From Mobula hypostoma (lineage: Eukaryota): 64,000 bases of DNA. Positions 60,035 to 64,000 of this stretch are shown here, piece by piece. The notes below the pieces were generated by a model that saw only the letters and a program-made list of their open reading frames with translations, was not told where the DNA came from and made no database searches. The translations under genes and the position numbers were made by a program. Within the stretch, counting starts at the first letter, position 1. Every line of letters begins with the position of its first letter. The stretch covers positions 15,624,001 to 15,688,000 of the forward strand of contig NC_086110.1 of the NCBI RefSeq assembly GCF_963921235.1, read 5' to 3'.

Positions 60035-60626
60035 ACGCGAGGAAATCTACAGATGCCGGAAATTCAAGCAACACACATAAAAGTTGCTGGTGAACGCAGC
60101 AGGCCAGGCAGAATCTCTAGGAAAAGGTACAGTTGACGTTTCGGGCCAAGACTCTTCGTCAGGACTAACTGAAGGAAGAGCTAGTAAGAGATTTGAAAGT
60201 GGGAGGGGGAGGGGGAGATCCAAAATGATAGGAGAAGACAGGAGGGGGAGGGATGGAGCCAAGAGCTGGACAGGTGATTGGCAAAAGGGATATGAGAGGG
60301 TCATGGGACAGGAGGTCCGGGAAGAAAGACAAGGGGCGGAGGGGACCCAGAGGATGGGCAAGGGGTATATTCAGAGCAGCAGAGGGAGAAAAAGGAGAGA
60401 GGGAGAAAGAATGTGAGTATATAAATAAATAAGGGATGGGGTACGAGGGGGAGGTGAGGCATTAGTGGAAGTTTGAGAAGTCAATGTTCATGCCATTAGG
60501 TTGGAGGCTATCCAGACGGAATATAAGGTGTTGTTCCTCCAACCTGAGGGTGACTTCATCTTGACAGTAGAGGAGACCATGGATAGACATGTCAGAATGG
60601 GAATGGGATGTAGAATTAAAACGTGT
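60035..60626 (-). mobile_element. 5'-truncated Penelope 3' end (young subfamily); 13-bp TSD
   Basis: agctgaatattga at 60022-60034 and 60627-60639; high similarity to 44690-45242. Confidence 0.9.
60131..60166 (-). ncRNA. Minimal type I hammerhead ribozyme motif
   Basis: agtc-CTGACGA-agagtcttggccc-GAAAC-GTC-aact. Confidence 0.6.
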
Positions 60627-61237
60627 AGCTGAATATTGACTTCAGGAGGACAAAGCCAGAGGTCCATGAGCCAGTCCTCATCGGGGGAATCAAGGTGGAG
60701 CATGTTAGCAACTTGAAATTCTTCAGTGTTACTGTATTTTAGATGATCTGTCCTGGGCCCAGCACGTTAAGTGCAATTATAAAGAAAGCATTGCAGTGCC
60801 TCTACTTCCTTAGGACTTTGCAAAGATTCGGCATGACATCTAAAACTTTGTCAAACTTCTATAGATGCGTAGTGGGCAGTGTATTGACTGGTTGGAAACA
60901 CTAATGCCCTTGAACAGGAAATCCTACAGAAAGTAATGGATATGTCCCAATCCATCACGGGTAGAGCTCGCCCACCATTGAGCACACCTACACAGAGCGT
61001 TGTCGCAATAAATCACCAGGGATCCCCCACCACCCAAAACATGCTCTGCCATCGGGAAGAAGATCAGGAGCCTCAGGACTCACACCACCAGGCTCAGGAA
61101 CAGTTTTTACCCTGCAACTGTTACTGAACCAAAGGGGATAACTTCACTCAATTTCACTTACCCCATCATTGAAATGCTCCCACAACCTATGGAGTCCGTT
61201 TCCAAGGCTCTTCATTTCACATTCTCGATATCCATTG

Positions 61238-61277
61238 TTTATTATTATTATTACTATTATTATTATTATTATTTATT
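61238..61277. repeat. (ATT)n microsatellite in LINE 3'UTR
   Basis: ttattattattattactattattattattattattt. Confidence 0.9.
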
Positions 61278-61456
61278 TGTTTTTGTATTTGCGCAGTTTG
61301 TTGTCTTTTGTACACTGGTTGAATGCCCAAGTTGGTGCAGTCTTTCACTGATTATTTTTCTATTATGGATTTATTGAGTATGCCTGCAGGAAAATGAATC
61401 TCAATGAATATGGTGACAGACATGTACTTTGATAATAAATTTACTTTGAACTTTGG

Positions 61457-61690
61457 TGTTCACGATGTGGTCTCCTGTACACTGGGAAGCTAAACACTGA
61501 TTGGGTCACTCCATTGTAGAACACTTCAATCCAGATTGCCACGGTGATCCTGAACTTCCAAACTGTCAGCCTAATTCTCCATCTCATTTTGACCTCTCCT
61601 TCATTGCTCACTTACTGTTCCAACATAAGCTGAAGGAACAGCATCTCATATTCCAGCTTGACACAGTGCATCTCATGGTGCTGAACAATC
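61457..61690 (+). mobile_element. Decayed Penelope GIY-YIG fragment
   Basis: gatgtggtctcctgtacactggg; KLKEQHLIFQL. Confidence 0.55.
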
Positions 61691-61704
61691 AGCCCTCCCA
61701 GACT

Positions 61705-62290
61705 TCAAACATAGAACATAGTATATTACAGCACAGTACAGGCCCTTCACCTCACACTGTTGTGCTGACCATTTAACCCACTCCAAGATCAATTTAACCC
61801 TTCCCTCCTACATAGCCCTCCATTTTTGTATCATCCATTTACTTACCTAAGGCATTCTAAAATGCCCCTGCTGCATCTGCCTCTAGCACTGCCCCAGGCA
61901 GGGCTTTCCATGCACCCATTCTCTGTGTAGAAAACTCATCTCTGACAACCCCCCCCCCAATACTTTCCTCCAATCACCTTAAAATTCTACCCCTTGTGTT
62001 AGCCATTTCAGCCCCAGCAAAGTAAGTCTCTGGCTAGCCATTCGATCTATGTCCCTTATCAGTTTGTACAGCTCATCTTCCTTAGCTCCAAAGAGAAAAA
62101 CCATAGCTTGCATGACCATTAGACATGCCCTCTAATCCAGACAGCCTCCTGGTAGTCTCCTCTGCACACTTTCCAAAGCTTTCACATCCTTCCTATAATG
62201 AGGCGACCAGGATTCCAAGTGTGGTCCAACTAGGGTTTTACAGAGCTGCAATATTACCTTGTGGCTCCTGAACTCATTTGCCCAACTAAT
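61705..62290 (-). mobile_element. CR1-type LINE 3' fragment
   Basis: LQLCKTLVGPHLESWSPHYRKDVKALESVQRR; acatagaacatag tail. Confidence 0.8.
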
Positions 62291-62439
62291 GTTCCTTACA
62301 GCATGCTTTTTCCATATATTTCTAGCATTCACTTCTCTCTCTTCTTTCCTGGTACCTTAGGATTTTATTTTATTTTCATTCTACCTATTACTTCCTTAGG
62401 TACATGAGTTACTAACGATTTCTGTCCTCATTCACCAGA

Positions 62440-62645
62440 CACCATCGCCACTCTCCTCAGTTCGCTCCCAAGATTCAACCCATCACAGACCTCCCCTTTT
62501 ATTCGCTCTGGCCTTCCACCGATAAAACTTTATTCCTCATTTTTTGGTGAAAAGGTATTGACCTGAAATGTTAACTCTATTTCTCTCTCCAAAGCTGATG
62601 CCTGACCTGCCGAGGGTTTCTATTACTTTCAGTTTTCCTCTCAGA
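62440..62645 (+). mobile_element. Decayed Penelope 3'UTR with hammerhead remnant
   Basis: ggtgaaaaggtattgacctgaaatgttaactct..gatgcctgacctgccgag. Confidence 0.45.
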
Positions 62646-63169
62646 TATAGATCACCTCCATTATTTTATGACTGAATGGTGTGCAATGAGGGTTTTCTCA
62701 GCTGATATGCAGTGGGAATTAATACTTCTACAGGTATACTGTTAACTAAGTTGACACTTGGGATAAGCATGGTGCTTGTATTTTACACATTTCTGTATTC
62801 CCTTTTCTGTATTTTTCATGATTCCCTATGATGTAGAAAGAGGCCATTCGGCCTATTAGTCTGTGCTGGCTGCTGGAGCAACTGCCCCATTGATCTACCT
62901 ATGGACTATTCTCTCTCATGCCCCATGGTGTGGCAAGTGATACTGGAAGATTTGTAATGTGAAATGATACCATATATACGAGAAAATGGACAGAAATTAT
63001 TTGCATGTCTGGTAGTGGATGTATTACAATGAAATGCACCCCTCTCTCTAAGAATGCTTTAATTTAATTACTTTGTTAGATTGAATAATGCCAATCCTCT
63101 AGCATCACAGATTAAAGAGAGAATATAAAGAAACACAGCACTGGAAATGCATCAACACATTTTGGATGC

Positions 63170-63790
63170 TTTGCCCAAACTTTGGCATAACTGTTTAGGT
63201 TGAGTTGTTCTCCGACCTTGGCAATTTACTTGCAAATGCTTTGTCACCATGCGAGGAGATGTTGTCAGTGCACTGTTGATCGTGCTGTGTCCTCGGAGTG
63301 CTTGGCCTTTGTATACTTTGCAGTCATCTGATTGGACATCATTTTGGAAACTCAGCAGTGATGTGGAGAGGAAATCCCGTTGCTGATTGGCTGTGTGGCA
63401 AACTTCGTGTATTGCGACCAAGAATTTTGCCCGCATCAGTTCGTAAATAGGAGTGAGGTCTATGTGTTTGTTTACAGAATTATTCACGGAAAACCATGCT
63501 TCTAGGAATTCTCTTGCATGCTGTATTTTTGTGCAATTTCCCCCGATTCTCTTGCCACTCACCTGTACCAGGGATGACTTACAATGGCCAACAGGCATGT
63601 GGGAGGAACTGGAGGACCCTGAGGAAATCCACATGGACTCGGGATCAAACCAGAAAGCTGTGGCAGAGAACAAAAATGAACGCCAGTGATGGGAGTGGTA
63701 CTCCATTGAGAATTGATGACATGACGGAACATGTGCAGTAATGGCCAAGTTGTCTGGGAGGTGTAAGGAGGGGGAAACAAATGAAGTCCG
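63170..63790 (-). mobile_element. Second-family Penelope fragment, with V-SINE piece at ~63530-63660
   Basis: AREFLEAWFSVNNSVNKHIDLTPIY; degenerate hammerhead at ~63228-63275. Confidence 0.7.
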
Positions 63791-63844
63791 AAATCACCAG
63801 AAATTAAGGAGTAACCTGAATACTGGAAAGGTGTGCAACAATTT

Positions 63845-64000
63845 GGAGATAAACACGGTAACCGGCCCTTCTGGTTTAACGACCCCGTGCCGCCCTATCG
63901 CACCCATGTACTATCCCGTATGCCTTTGGAATATGGGAGGAAACCATAGTACCCAGAGGAAACCTACGCACTTGTGCAACTTCCTCACAGACAACAGCAG
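63845..64000 (-). mobile_element. V-domain SINE fragment (runs off window)
   Basis: ctttggaatatgggaggaaaccatagtacccagaggaaacc. Confidence 0.6.

Larger units (their letters stand above)
59705..61456 (+). mobile_element. Rex1/Babar-type LINE RT + 3' end, split by Penelope
   Basis: [35 protein letters not shown]; tail aataaatttactttgaacttt. Confidence 0.85.

Overview
This is eukaryotic, repeat-dense, apparently intronic or intergenic DNA. The repeat complement points to a cartilaginous fish, probably a ray (inference): CR1/HER1-type LINEs, Rex1/Babar LINEs, V-domain and Deu-domain SINEs, Penelope-like elements (PLEs), Tc1 and Tigger fossils. I found no recognisable host protein-coding exon, rRNA, true tRNA or CRISPR array. 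Nearly all ORFs in the track are TE fragments or spurious. The only long intact reading frame is a 5'-truncated Penelope RT + GIY-YIG ORF (45077-46438, minus) inside a young insertion with a 10-bp TSD. The most notable system is a PLE-derived family carrying minimal type I hammerhead ribozymes (agtc-CUGANGA-stemII-GAAAC-GUC-gact). It occurs as autonomous-type copies, short truncated copies, and ~210-bp hairpin mini-elements flanked by 16-bp TSDs. Other highlights are a ~2.2-kb foldback Tc1 made of two right halves, an RTE-derived SINE inserted into it, a ~590-bp non-tRNA element family sharing its 3' tail with Rex1/Babar, a locally templated insertion inside a CR1, and several nested insertions with clean TSDs. 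There are two assembly gaps (12053-12192, 58934-59069). Family names come from motif recognition and recall, not database searches, and boundaries of old repeats are approximate.
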